DNA of 64,000 nucleotides from Solirubrobacterales bacterium. GTDB taxonomy: Bacteria; Actinomycetota; Thermoleophilia; Solirubrobacterales; Solirubrobacteraceae. The notes under the pieces were generated by a model that had not been told where the DNA came from, did no database searches, and saw only the letters and a program-made list of their open reading frames with translations. Position 1 is the stretch's first letter; every line of letters begins with the position of its first letter. Where the stretch lies: assembly GCA_027315115.1 (NCBI GenBank), contig DAHUYQ010000010.1, forward strand, positions 28,679-92,678. Direction: 5' to 3'. This document shows, piece after piece, positions 17,771 through 27,844 of this stretch. The position numbers were made by a program, and so were the translations under genes.

Positions 17771-19831
17771 ATGGCCCAAGTATTCCAATACATATTCTCC
17801 GGCCTGTCGAGCGGCTGCATATTCGCCCTCATCGCGCTCGGCTTCGTGATCATCGCGCGAGTGACGGGCGTCTACAACTTTGCGCAGGGCCAGTACATGA
17901 TGGTCGGCGGGATGGTGATGGCGTCGACGCACACGGACAAATTCCCGATCGCGGCGTCGGTGGTGCTTTCCGTTGTCGTCGTGGCTCTGGTGGCCGTGCT
18001 GCAGGAGCGCTTCACGGTCTCGATCGTCAGGGACAAGGTCGGGGTCGTGGGCTTGGCCGTGATCAGCCTCGGTGTGGGGGTGCTGCTGGAGGGACTGGCG
18101 CTGATCGTGTGGGGAAAGAACGCCCGCTCCATACCCTCCTTCGAGCCGGGCACGTTCACGCTCCTGGGTGCGCATCTGGACAATCAGACGCTCTGGATCT
18201 GGGGCGCCACGCTGGTTTCGCTGGTGCTCATGCTGGTGCTGTTCCAACGCACCACGCTCGGCAAGGCGATGCGCGCGTGCGCGCTGAACCCGACCGCGGC
18301 GCGGCTGCTTGGCATCCGCCTCGACCGGATGGCGATCCTCGCCTTCGCCATCGGTGGTGGCTTGGCGGGCCTTGTCGGTGCGATTGCGCTGCCACTGACC
18401 AGTGTGTCATGGGAATCCGGGGTCACCGTGGGCCTGGTGGGCTTCATCGCCGCCGCGGTGGCGGGCTTCGACCGGCCTGCGGTCGCGGTGGCGGCCGGCC
18501 TCGGTCTCGGCGTCGTGGAAAACGTGGCGGCGGGCGAGATCTCCTCGTCATATCGCCAGCTCTTCGTATATGGCGTGCTGCTCGTCTACCTGCTGGTGCG
18601 AGACGTTCTCGGCGAGGGCGGCTTCGTGGCACGGGTACGCCTCGCGCGAGCATCCGGCGGCCTGCGGCAGCGCAGGAGGCTGCGCCGAGCCGTGAGCGCG
18701 GGTGCGGGTCACGTGGCCCTCGCACGCGCGAGTGGCGACCGCATGCGCCGCGAGCCGCGATGGGCGATGCTGCTGCCGCTCGTGCTGCTCACGCTGATGG
18801 CGCTGGCCCCACTGGTGCTCGAATCCGGGAGCCAGGCGATGAGCGCGGCGATCGTGATCCTGCTCTCGGCGGTCGCCGCCACCGGTCTGACCTTGATACT
18901 CGGGCTGGGTCGCATGTTCAGCCTCGGGCACGCGGGCTTGGTGCTCATCAGCGGCTACACGGTCGCGATCCTTACCGTCAACCACGCTTGGAATCCGTGG
19001 GTCGCGCTTGCGGTGGGAGTCCTGCTCGCAGTCGTCGGAGCGTTCATCATCGGGTGGCTGACGCTCAGGCTGCAGGGCTTCAACCTGGCGATCGCAACGC
19101 TCGCGATCCACCTCATCCTGCTCGTGTTCGTCACTCAGGCGACGAGCTTCACCGGCGGCGAGCGCGGGATCGTCGGCGTGCCGGCTCTCAAAGTCTTCTC
19201 GCTCACCACGGAAAGCCAGCACGACTTCTACTGGATCACGTTCGTGGCGCTGCTCATATGCCTGCTGGTCGCCCGAAACCTGACCAAGTCGCGCGTCGGT
19301 CGCTCGTTGCGCGCCGTGGGCTCTGAGCAGGACGGCGCCAGCATGCTCGGCGTCAACGCCTTTCGCATGAAGTTGATGGTCTTCGTGATCGGCGGCGCGA
19401 TGGCTGGCCTGGCCGGTGGCCTGTGGGTGTTCTACCTGTCGCTAGCGGCGCCTGAAAACTGGGGCTTCGCCCTCACGATCAGCCTTGTGACATACGTGGT
19501 GGTCGGGGGACTGACCAACGTGTACGGCGGCGTCGTCGGCGCCGTCGTGGTGGGCGCCGTCCAGTACCTGGTCACCTCGCAGACCGCCGGCCTCGGCGAA
19601 TCATCATCCGAGTACGAAGTGCTGCTGAACGGCGCGTTCCTGATCATCTTCCTGCTCATCTTCCGGCAGGGCATCGCGGTGGCGCTCAGCGTCGAGCGGG
19701 TCAAGGGCTACGTCGCCCGCATACGGCGAGGCAAAGGCGCGTTGCGGGGGCCGACGGAGGGGGGCCCGAGCGCGGGACCGATGGTGCAGACGGGCACGGC
19801 CGGCTCCGCGGTGGCTGGAGCGAGTAGATGA
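17771..19831 (+). CDS. Fused LivH-LivM-type ABC permease
   Basis: Two permease units (TTLGKAMRACALN..A.LLGI and SRVGRSLRAVG....A.MLGVN) joined by a basic linker. Confidence 0.88.
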   Translation: MAQVFQYIFSGLSSGCIFALIALGFVIIARVTGVYNFAQGQYMMVGGMVMASTHTDKFPIAASVVLSVVVVALVAVLQERFTVSIVRDKVGVVGLAVISLGVGVLLEGLALIVWGKNARSIPSFEPGTFTLLGAHLDNQTLWIWGATLVSLVLMLVLFQRTTLGKAMRACALNPTAARLLGIRLDRMAILAFAIGGGLAGLVGAIALPLTSVSWESGVTVGLVGFIAAAVAGFDRPAVAVAAGLGLGVVENVAAGEISSSYRQLFVYGVLLVYLLVRDVLGEGGFVARVRLARASGGLRQRRRLRRAVSAGAGHVALARASGDRMRREPRWAMLLPLVLLTLMALAPLVLESGSQAMSAAIVILLSAVAATGLTLILGLGRMFSLGHAGLVLISGYTVAILTVNHAWNPWVALAVGVLLAVVGAFIIGWLTLRLQGFNLAIATLAIHLILLVFVTQATSFTGGERGIVGVPALKVFSLTTESQHDFYWITFVALLICLLVARNLTKSRVGRSLRAVGSEQDGASMLGVNAFRMKLMVFVIGGAMAGLAGGLWVFYLSLAAPENWGFALTISLVTYVVVGGLTNVYGGVVGAVVVGAVQYLVTSQTAGLGESSSEYEVLLNGAFLIIFLLIFRQGIAVALSVERVKGYVARIRRGKGALRGPTEGGPSAGPMVQTGTAGSAVAGASR

Positions 19832-20667
19832 GCGCGCCCGCGGCAACCACGCCGGCAGGCGGCGTCGCGGCCAGCGAGCCGCTGCTCTGCGCGCGAGGTC
19901 TCATCAAGCGCTTCGGCGGGTTCGTCGCCGTCAGCAACGTGGACGTCGACGTGCATGCCGGTCACATCACGGCGATGATCGGGCCCAACGGCGCCGGCAA
20001 GTCGACGGTCATCAACCTGCTCTCCGGCGCGCTGCTGCCCACAAAGGGCAGCGTCACGATCGGCGGCCAGTCGATCGTCGGACGCGGCTCGCACGAGGTC
20101 GCTCGGATGGGCGTGGCGCGCACCTTCCAGACGCCGCGGCTGTTCGACGGGCTGAGCGTCGGTGAGTCGATGATGCTGCCACGGGCGCTGTTCGCCAAGA
20201 GCAGCTATCTGGAGTGCTTCGTGCATTCGCCGCGCACGCGCAAGGACGAGGCCGGAGGGTGGGAGTCGGCGCTGGATTGGCTCTCGTTCGTAGGCCTCGC
20301 AGATGTCGCCGAGATGCCGATGAGCGCATTGCCGGTCGGCAGCCAGCGCCTGGTAGAGGTCGCGCGGGCGCTTGCGCTGGAGCCTGACATCGTGCTGCTG
20401 GACGAGCCTGCGGCCGGCCTGGACCACACAGAGACCGAGCGCTTGGCGCGGCTGATCGAGCAGATCGCGCAGAGCGGCATCGGCGTGCTGCTGGTGGAGC
20501 ACGACATGCACCTGGTGATGTCGGTGGCGGACACTGTGGTCGTGCTGGATGCCGGGGTCTGCATCGCCACGGGCACTGCCACCGCGGTCAGCGAAGACCC
20601 GACGGTCATAGAAGCCTATCTGGGCGTGGTGAACGACAAGGGTGCGGGCGAGGTGAAAGATGTCTGA
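19828..20667 (+). CDS. ABC ATPase (LivG-like)
   Basis: GPNGAGKS, RTFQ, VLLDEPAAG, EHDM. Confidence 0.92.
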   Translation: MSAPAATTPAGGVAASEPLLCARGLIKRFGGFVAVSNVDVDVHAGHITAMIGPNGAGKSTVINLLSGALLPTKGSVTIGGQSIVGRGSHEVARMGVARTFQTPRLFDGLSVGESMMLPRALFAKSSYLECFVHSPRTRKDEAGGWESALDWLSFVGLADVAEMPMSALPVGSQRLVEVARALALEPDIVLLDEPAAGLDHTETERLARLIEQIAQSGIGVLLVEHDMHLVMSVADTVVVLDAGVCIATGTATAVSEDPTVIEAYLGVVNDKGAGEVKDV

Positions 20668-21421
20668 GACGCGCAACGGCGCGACGCCCCACGCGCTCGC
20701 GGTCGAGAACGTCACCAGCGGCTACGGCCCGGTCACCGTTCTGCGTGAGGTGAGCGTGACGGTAGCGCAGGGGGAGATCGTCGCGATCCTGGGTAGCAAC
20801 GGCGCCGGCAAGAGCACGCTGATGAAGACGATCGCAGGGCTGCTGCGACCGAGCGCCGGCCGAGTGCTGGCCTACGGACGCGAGGTGTCCAGGCTCGCGC
20901 CGGAAAAGATCACCTCTGCCGGAGTGATGATGGTGCCGGAGGGCCGCCAGCTCTTCGGGGAGCTCTCGGTCGCGGACAACCTGCTGCTCGGCGCCTACCT
21001 GCACAAGCGGGAGCGTGAGCAGAACAGGAAGCAGTTGGAGATCGTCTACGACCTGTTCCCGATCCTGAAGGAGCGCCTGCGGCAGGCCGCGGGAGGCATG
21101 AGCGGCGGCCAGCAGCAGATGGTTGCGATCGCGCGAGGACTGATGGCACGGCCGCGCGTGCTGCTGCTCGACGAGCCCTCACTGGGCCTTGCGCCCCAGG
21201 TGATTGAACAGGTGTTCGCGGCGCTGGCTCGGCTGCGGGAGCTCGGCACGACGGTGCTGATCGTCGAGCAGAACGCGCTTCAGGCGCTGGATCTCGCCGA
21301 CCGTGCCTACGTGTTGGAGCGTGGCCGCGTGACGATCGAGGGCGCCGCGGGCCAACTGAAGGACGATCCGCGGGTGAGAGCGGCGTACCTCGGCCCGCGC
21401 GGTGAGCCGGCCACGCCATGA
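20660..21421 (+). CDS. ABC ATPase (LivF-like)
   Basis: GSNGAGKS, MSGGQQQM, LLLDEPSLGLAP. Confidence 0.93.
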   Translation: MSETRNGATPHALAVENVTSGYGPVTVLREVSVTVAQGEIVAILGSNGAGKSTLMKTIAGLLRPSAGRVLAYGREVSRLAPEKITSAGVMMVPEGRQLFGELSVADNLLLGAYLHKREREQNRKQLEIVYDLFPILKERLRQAAGGMSGGQQQMVAIARGLMARPRVLLLDEPSLGLAPQVIEQVFAALARLRELGTTVLIVEQNALQALDLADRAYVLERGRVTIEGAAGQLKDDPRVRAAYLGPRGEPATP

Positions 21422-21469
21422 GGTCGCAACGCCCCGGTCGAGGCTCGAGCGCTCGATCCGGTGGGATCG

Positions 21470-23032
21470 CTACGACGAGACGCCCGCGTCTATGCCGAGC
21501 TCGGCGGCCGCCCACGGCCGCAGGTCGCGCTTGAGGACCTTGCCAGACGGCGTTCGAGGCAGCGGCGCATCCCTGATCAGCACCTGTCGCGGACGCTTGT
21601 AGCCGGCCAGAAGCCGCTCGCACTCTCTCTGCACGGCCTCGGGCGTGGCAGCCGGGCCGGAGGGCACGACGATCGCGACGACCGTCTCGCCCCAGCGCTC
21701 GTTGGGCACGCCGACGACAGATGCCTCGGCGATGTCGTCGAGCCGGTAGATGACGTCCTCGATCTCCTTTGGGTAGACGTTCAGCCCTCCGGAGATGATC
21801 ATGTCCTTCTGGCGGCCGGTGATCGTCAGGAACCCACCGGCGTCGATCGTGCCCGAGTCACCCGAGTTGAACCAGCCGTCGGCGAACGAGGCCGCGGTCG
21901 CGTCCGGTCGGCGCCAGTATTCGCGCATGCTCGCCAGCGAGCGCAGGAGCACCTCGCCCTCGCCTCGCGCGGCAATCGCGCCATCTGCCTCGCGCACGGC
22001 GATATGTGTGATCGAGCAGGGCCGACCGGCCGAGCCGGCGTGGCTGATCGCCTCCTCCGGGCGCAGCGCGGTCGCGATCGTCGGGAACTCGGACATGCCG
22101 TAGCCCTGCAGCACGCTGCAGCCCGGCAGCTCCTGATCGACCGCTTCGATCACCGCGCGCGGCACCGGCTCGGCACCGGAGATGATCCAGCGCAGGCGCG
22201 AGTCGCGCAGGCGCGCGAGGTGCTCGGGGCTGGAGAGCAACTGCTTGAGCAACGTCGGCACGAGGAAGGTGTGCGTCACCTCTCCGGCGCAGGCCGCATC
22301 GACGATGCGCTCGATCGTGGCGCCGCCCGTGGAGAGCATCACCGAGTGCCCGCCGATCCACCACAGGGGCAGGATCAGGTTGTTGAAGCCTGCCGCCCAG
22401 GACATCGAAGGCACGGCCAGGTATGAGTCCTCGGCGGTGAGCCCGAAGTCGGCGACCTGGTGGTAGCTGTTCCAGAGCACGCCGCCATGCGTGTGCGCAG
22501 CACCCTTCGGGGAGCCTGTGGTGCCGGATGTGTAATAGAGGATGAAGAGATCCTCGACCCCGGGCCCGGCGAGCTCGTGTGCGCTCGCTCCCTCCAGCAT
22601 CCCCTCGTAGCCGATCGCCGTGGCGCCGGCCGGCGTGGGCACCGCGCCTACGGTCACGAGCAGCTCGGGTAGCCGACCGAGGCCCGCCAGCACCTGCTCG
22701 GCGCCGGCGTCGACGATCAGGCAGCGCGGTTCGCTGTCGTCGAGCACGAACTCGACCTCGTATGTGGAGAGCAGGACGTTGACTGGAACGCAGATCGCGC
22801 CCAATGCGGCGATGCCGAGGAACGACTCCGACCAAGGGTGGCCGTTGCGTAGCAGCACGGCCACGCGGTCGCCGGGGCGCACGCCCGCTTCGCGCAGGCC
22901 GTTGGCCAAGCGCAGAGCGCGCTCGCGAAGCTGCGCGAAGCTGCGGCGCTGCCCGTCGAAGACGAGCGCCGTGCGGTCCGCGTAGGGGCCGCTCGCGATC
23001 CGGTTGACAACCGAGAAGACGTTCTTGAACAC
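21470..23032 (-). CDS. Acyl-CoA synthetase (AMP-binding)
   Basis: YTSGTTGSPKG, GYGMSE, GWFNSGD, DMIISGGLNVYP, PRTPSGK; real start GTG 23032, not 23737. Confidence 0.93.
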   Translation of the reverse strand: MFKNVFSVVNRIASGPYADRTALVFDGQRRSFAQLRERALRLANGLREAGVRPGDRVAVLLRNGHPWSESFLGIAALGAICVPVNVLLSTYEVEFVLDDSEPRCLIVDAGAEQVLAGLGRLPELLVTVGAVPTPAGATAIGYEGMLEGASAHELAGPGVEDLFILYYTSGTTGSPKGAAHTHGGVLWNSYHQVADFGLTAEDSYLAVPSMSWAAGFNNLILPLWWIGGHSVMLSTGGATIERIVDAACAGEVTHTFLVPTLLKQLLSSPEHLARLRDSRLRWIISGAEPVPRAVIEAVDQELPGCSVLQGYGMSEFPTIATALRPEEAISHAGSAGRPCSITHIAVREADGAIAARGEGEVLLRSLASMREYWRRPDATAASFADGWFNSGDSGTIDAGGFLTITGRQKDMIISGGLNVYPKEIEDVIYRLDDIAEASVVGVPNERWGETVVAIVVPSGPAATPEAVQRECERLLAGYKRPRQVLIRDAPLPRTPSGKVLKRDLRPWAAAELGIDAGVSS

Positions 23033-23085
23033 GACGTCAGTCTCCCTGCTCGCCCCGGCCGGCGATCGCCCCTGCCCGCGCGCCG

Positions 23086-23101
23086 CTGGAGCATCCGACA
23101 A
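23086..23101. promoter_or_regulatory. One-mismatch TTGK-N8-MCAA site
   Basis: CTGG-agcatccg-ACAA in the divergent ligase/SnoaL gap. Confidence 0.4.
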
Positions 23102-23194
23102 TCGCCGGCCGCCGCGGTCGCTGCGGCGGCGATTCGGTATCCGATGATTGACCTGCCGGCAAGCCGCCGGACGGAGAACCGATGGAGGGTAACC

Positions 23195-23680
23195 ATGCCT
23201 GACCCGCAGCTCGCGCAACTGATCGATCACCATGAGATCTCGAAGGTCTTGATTCGCTACGCCCACGCTCTCGACGCGCGTGACTGGGAGCTGCTCGGCA
23301 CCTGCTTCGCCGCGGACGGCGTCACCGACTACGGCGAGCTGGGCGGCATCAACGACGGTCGCGAGCGGATCGTCGGGCTCTGCCGCGACGCGCTGTCGGG
23401 CCTCGACGCCAGCCAGCACCTGATCGGCTCTGTGGCGATCGAGCTGAATGGCGACGAGGCGAGCGCGGTCTGCTATCTGCAGGCACAGCACGTGTTCAAG
23501 GGCGCCGATGGCGGAGAGAACTTCCTGGTCGGCGGCACCTACAGAGATCGCCTCGTGCGCGCGCCCGAGGGCTGGCTGATCGCCCATCGCACGCTGCAGG
23601 CGAGCTGGGTGGAAGGCAACCCGGCGGTGTTCGAGCTGGCCGCTGCGCGCTGGGCCAAGGCGCAGCAGCCGCAAGCATGA
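23195..23680 (+). CDS. SnoaL-like (SnoaL_4) protein
   Basis: EISKVLIRYAHALDARDW, SQHLIG, GGTYRDRLVR..EGWLIAHR. Confidence 0.87.
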   Translation: MPDPQLAQLIDHHEISKVLIRYAHALDARDWELLGTCFAADGVTDYGELGGINDGRERIVGLCRDALSGLDASQHLIGSVAIELNGDEASAVCYLQAQHVFKGADGGENFLVGGTYRDRLVRAPEGWLIAHRTLQASWVEGNPAVFELAAARWAKAQQPQA

Positions 23681-24726
23681 CCGTCCGCTCAGGCAGTCCG
23701 ACGATGGATGAGCAGGCGCTGCTTGCCTATCTCGCATCGCAGCTTCAGCTCGACGGTTGCGAGCAGGCCACCGTGAGGCGCTTCGACTCCGGCCATTCGA
23801 ACCTCACCTATCTGGTTCAGGTCGGCGAGCGGCGCTACGTGCTGCGGCGCCCGCCCGCCGGCCCGCTGCCACCGACGGCGCACGACGTGCTGCGCGAGTA
23901 TCGCGTCCTGCAGTCGCTGCGCGGCGTGCGCGCGCCACGTCCGGTGCTCGCCTGTGAAGACCCCTCTGTGATTGGGGCGCCGTTTTACCTCATGGAGTTC
24001 ATTGATGGCTTCATCGTCGGGGAAGCGCTGCCGCCGGAGCTGGGCGACGGACGCGCGGCGGCGCGCCGCGAGGTCGGCGACGAGCTGGTCGGCGCGCTGG
24101 CCGAGATCCACCTGCTCGACTGGCGGGCCGCCGGCCTCGGTGGGATGGCACGCTCCACCGGCTATCTCGAGCGCCAGATGCGGCGCTGGAGCAGTCAGTG
24201 GGAAATCAACCGCACCCGCCGGATTCCCGCGCTGGAGCGGCTCGAGCGGCTGCTGCGGAGTCGCAGGCCGCGCTCGGAGCGCGTGACGCTCGTGCACGGC
24301 GACTACAAGCTCGACAACCTGATCTTCTCGCGCGCGCCACAGGTGCGCTGCCTGGCCGTCGTGGACTGGGAGATGGCCGCGATCGGCGATCCGCTCGCCG
24401 ACCTCGGCTATCTGCTGGCCTTCTGGCTGCAGCCGGGCGAGGCCGCCATCGGCCCGCTGTCGCTCGGGCGCGTCAGCGCCGAGCCGGGCTTCCACACGCG
24501 CGCCGAGCTGCGCGAGCGCTACGAGCAACTGACAGGCTGGCCCACCGACCGGTTGCACTGGTACGAGGCGCTTGCCCTGTGGAAGTTCGCGATCCTGCTG
24601 GAGGGCAGCTACCGGCGCTACCTGGCCGGCACGACCGACGACCCGTTCTTCGCCGAGCTCGACGAGGGCATCCCGCTGATCGCCGAGCGCGCGCTCGCGA
24701 TCCTCGCGGCCGCTGAGGAGCACTGA
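23677..24726 (+). CDS. APH-family phosphotransferase (LvaA/ACAD10-kinase-like)
   Basis: GHSNLTY, VLRRPP, HGDYKLDN, DWEMAAIGDPLADLG. Confidence 0.9.
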   Translation: MTVRSGSPTMDEQALLAYLASQLQLDGCEQATVRRFDSGHSNLTYLVQVGERRYVLRRPPAGPLPPTAHDVLREYRVLQSLRGVRAPRPVLACEDPSVIGAPFYLMEFIDGFIVGEALPPELGDGRAAARREVGDELVGALAEIHLLDWRAAGLGGMARSTGYLERQMRRWSSQWEINRTRRIPALERLERLLRSRRPRSERVTLVHGDYKLDNLIFSRAPQVRCLAVVDWEMAAIGDPLADLGYLLAFWLQPGEAAIGPLSLGRVSAEPGFHTRAELRERYEQLTGWPTDRLHWYEALALWKFAILLEGSYRRYLAGTTDDPFFAELDEGIPLIAERALAILAAAEEH

Positions 24727-24750
24727 GCAGCGAGGGCTCGGCCAGGGCGA

Positions 24751-25254
24751 TCAGCAACTGCCTGGATATGGCAGCTCGAGACCCGGGAAGGCGCCGCGGT
24801 GAAAGAGCAGCGGCCGGCTTCCGCGCTCTACCTCGAGCTCTGTGACGGAGCCGAGCACCAGCGAGTGATCGCCGGTCTCGATCTCGCGCTCGAGCCTGCA
24901 GTCGATCCAGGCCACCACTCCGTCGAGCAGCGGCGCGCCGCTGGGCGCCGGCCTCCAGGTCACGCCCGCGAACTTGTCCGCGCCCGACTGCGAGAAGCGC
25001 CTGCACAGCCCGGCCTGATCGTCGGCGAGCACGTTCACGCAGAAGCGACCGGCCGATCTGATCGGCGGCCAGCTAGTCGACTCGTGGCCCACGAAGAAGC
25101 CGACCAGCGGCGGCTCCAGCGAGACCGATGCAAACGAGCCCACCGCCACCCCGGCCGGTCCTCCCGGGGTGCTGCCGGCGACGATCACGACGCCTGTCGG
25201 GAAGTGGGAGAGCACATGGCGAAAGCGCTTCTGTCGCGTGGTGCAGCCGCTCAC
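24751..25254 (-). CDS. Flavin reductase
   Basis: FRHVLSHFPTGVV, SFASVSLEPPLV, GDH. Confidence 0.92.
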   Translation of the reverse strand: MSGCTTRQKRFRHVLSHFPTGVVIVAGSTPGGPAGVAVGSFASVSLEPPLVGFFVGHESTSWPPIRSAGRFCVNVLADDQAGLCRRFSQSGADKFAGVTWRPAPSGAPLLDGVVAWIDCRLEREIETGDHSLVLGSVTELEVERGSRPLLFHRGAFPGLELPYPGSC

Positions 25255-25262
25255 GTGCTCAT

Positions 25263-26276
25263 TCAGGCCAGGCCGGCGAAGCCGGCTGCCTCCTCGAACA
25301 GCAGGGGCACGTCGGCGGCGAGTTTGCGCGCGTACTCCGAGCTGACGTCGCCCGCCACGAGCAGGGCGTAGGCGCCCTCGACGATCGCCGCCAGCTTCCA
25401 GAAGGCGAGCGCCATGTAGTAGTGCAGATGCTCGACCGAGCGCCCCGTCAGCTCGCAGTAGCGCTCCGCCAGGGCGGCGCGCGACGGCGCCCCCTCGACA
25501 TAGCTGAAGCCCTGGACGCTCGGCATCGCACGTGGCGCCGGACGCTGGTTGCTCCAGAAGGCGAGCAGGAGGCCGAGATCGATCAGCGGGTCGCCGATCG
25601 TGGACATCTCCCAATCGATGATCGCCGCCACTCGCGACGGTCGCGACTCCGTCACCAGGCAGTTGTCGACATGGAAATCGCCGTGGATGATCGCGGGCGG
25701 CTGCGCCGGCGGCCGGTTGGCCTCGAGCCAGACGGCGAGCTCGCGAAAGAGCGGCAGGTCGCGCACCTCGCGCGCCTCGTACTGGCGCCGCCAGCGAGTC
25801 ACCTGGCGGTCGAGGAAGCCCTCGGGACGGCCATATCCTTCGAGCCCCAGCTCGCGCCAGGGTGCCGAGTGCATGCGCGCCAGCGCCTCGACCACGGCGA
25901 AGCCGACCTCGCCGACGGCGTCCTCGCCGAAGCCATCGGGCAGGCTCTCCGTCAGCGCGCAGCCGGGCACGTGCTCCATCACCAGGAACGGCACGTCGAA
26001 CACCTGCGGGTCCTCGCACAGCGCGAGCGCGCGCGGCGCCGGGACGTCGCTGGGCTCCAGCGCGCGCAGGATCCGGAACTCGCGCTCCATGCTGTGCGCC
26101 CCGTGGCCCAGTTGCGCGGCCGGCGGTCGCCGCAGGATGCGCAGACCTGCGTCGGTCTGCAGCAGCATCGTCTCATTCGAGTTGCCGCCGCTCAACGGCC
26201 TCAGCGATCGCACCTGCTCGCCGAGGTTGATCGCCACCCATCGCTGCAGCGGCTCCGTCTGCGTCTCGGCTGGCAT
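25263..26276 (-). CDS. APH-family phosphotransferase
   Basis: GGNSNET, LRRPP, HGDFHVDN, DWEMSTIGDPLIDLG. Confidence 0.9.
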   Translation of the reverse strand: MPAETQTEPLQRWVAINLGEQVRSLRPLSGGNSNETMLLQTDAGLRILRRPPAAQLGHGAHSMEREFRILRALEPSDVPAPRALALCEDPQVFDVPFLVMEHVPGCALTESLPDGFGEDAVGEVGFAVVEALARMHSAPWRELGLEGYGRPEGFLDRQVTRWRRQYEAREVRDLPLFRELAVWLEANRPPAQPPAIIHGDFHVDNCLVTESRPSRVAAIIDWEMSTIGDPLIDLGLLLAFWSNQRPAPRAMPSVQGFSYVEGAPSRAALAERYCELTGRSVEHLHYYMALAFWKLAAIVEGAYALLVAGDVSSEYARKLAADVPLLFEEAAGFAGLA

Positions 26277-26330
26277 CGCGCCATCATGGGCCCCGGCGGC
26301 CGGGCCGTCGCCGTCGCCTGCGCGGAGAGC

Positions 26331-26346
26331 TTGTAGCAATCGACAA
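26331..26346. promoter_or_regulatory. TTGK-N8-MCAA palindrome
   Basis: gcTTGT-agcaatcg-ACAAgc in the divergent APH/CoA-transferase gap. Confidence 0.65.
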
Positions 26347-26479
26347 GCATCGCCCGGCCTCTGCTCGCGCGCCGTGGACCGAAACCTAGGATGCCCTGCG
26401 TGTCGCGGAATTTCGAGAAAGAGCCAGGGCTCGACCGCGCATACCTGGCCCCCCTCGCCTCGCTCGCATCACGCGGCGC

Positions 26480-27742
26480 ATGAGTGGCGCAGCAGACGGC
26501 TTCGACCTCACCGGCCCGCTCGCAGGCGGCCCGCTCGCGGGCGTGCGCGTGCTCGACCTCACGCGCCTGCTGCCGGGCGCCTTCTGCATGTCGCTGCTCG
26601 CGGACTTCGGGGCCGAGGTCGTGAAGGTCGAGCAGCCCGGCATCGGCGACTACATGCGCTGGGGCGAGCCGCGGATCGGCGGCGAGTCGGCGGCCAGTTG
26701 GGTGACTGACCGCAACAAGCGCTCGATCGCGCTTGATCTGAAGCGACCGGAGGGCGTTGCTGTGCTCAAGCGCCTGGCGGCGCAGGCGGAGGTGATGGTC
26801 GAGGGCTTCCGCCCCGGCGTCGTGGCCCGCCTCGGCATCGACTACGAGGCGATGCGCGCTGTCAATCCAGCGCTCGTCTACTGCTCGATCTCCGGCTACG
26901 GCCAGCACGGCCCGCTGACCGCCGCGGCTGGCCATGACATCAACTACATGGGTCGTGCCGGCCTGCTGTCGATCACCGGCCCCGCCGACGGCGACCCGGC
27001 GGTGCCGGGAGTGCAGATCGCCGACCTGGCCGGCGGCGGGTTGCTGGCGGCCGTTGGGATACTCGCGGCGCTGACGAAGGCTCGCGCCGGCGGGAGCGGC
27101 GATCACGTCGATGTGGCGATGACCGACGGCGCCTTCGCGCTGCAGTCGATCCATCTCGGCGACTACTTCGCCAGCGGCGTCGTGCCGGCACGTGAGCAGA
27201 TGGCGCTCAACGGTCGCTACCCGTGCTACGGCGTCTACCGCTGTCGCGACGGGCGGCACATCACCGTCGGCGCGCTGGAGCCGCGGTTCTTCGCCGAGCT
27301 GTGCCGCGGCGTCGGCCGCGAGGATCTGATCGACACGGCTTTCGAGGAGAGCGCCAAGCAGATCTGGCGCGAGGTCTTCCTGGCGCGCGACCGCGACCGG
27401 TGGCTCGCCGACCTGGAGGGCTTCGACGCATGCGTGGGGCCCGTGAACGACTTCGCCGAGGCCTGCCGCGATCCTCAGATGATCGCGCGCGAGATGATCG
27501 TCGAGATCGCAGACCATGCGGGCGGCAGGCACCGTCAGGTGGGCGTGCCGATCAAGCTGCGAGAGCATGCCGGCACTCTCCGCACGCCTGCTCCGCGTCT
27601 CGGCGAGGCAACCCGGGAATACCTGGAGCTGGCCGGCTGCCCGCAGTCGGAGATCGAGCACCTGCTGGCGGAGGGGATTGCGGCGGAGCACGGCTCGGAT
27701 GACCACGCCCGGGTGGCCTCCGAGTCCTCCACGTCGGCCTAG
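26480..27742 (+). CDS. Family III CoA-transferase (CaiB/BaiF)
   Basis: VLDLTRLLPG, DFGAEVVKVE, NKRSIALDLK, GHDINY. Confidence 0.93.
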   Translation: MSGAADGFDLTGPLAGGPLAGVRVLDLTRLLPGAFCMSLLADFGAEVVKVEQPGIGDYMRWGEPRIGGESAASWVTDRNKRSIALDLKRPEGVAVLKRLAAQAEVMVEGFRPGVVARLGIDYEAMRAVNPALVYCSISGYGQHGPLTAAAGHDINYMGRAGLLSITGPADGDPAVPGVQIADLAGGGLLAAVGILAALTKARAGGSGDHVDVAMTDGAFALQSIHLGDYFASGVVPAREQMALNGRYPCYGVYRCRDGRHITVGALEPRFFAELCRGVGREDLIDTAFEESAKQIWREVFLARDRDRWLADLEGFDACVGPVNDFAEACRDPQMIAREMIVEIADHAGGRHRQVGVPIKLREHAGTLRTPAPRLGEATREYLELAGCPQSEIEHLLAEGIAAEHGSDDHARVASESSTSA

Positions 27743-27785
27743 CGTCCGGCCGCCCGCGGTCGTGCCTGCGGTCGCGGTCGCGCCA

Positions 27786-27834
27786 TGCGCCTGCGTCCTG
27801 CGCCTGCGTCCTGCGCCCGCGTCCTGCGCCCGCG
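27786..27834. repeat. 13-bp tandem repeat (about 4 copies) between convergent genes
   Basis: tgcgcc(t/c)gcgtcc x3 plus a partial copy. Confidence 0.8.
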
Positions 27835-27844
27835 CGGACCCCGC

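Noticed and set aside
23033-23737. N-terminal extension of the acyl-CoA synthetase ORF
   Set aside because: It overlaps the + strand SnoaL gene; the ligase fold begins at about 23032
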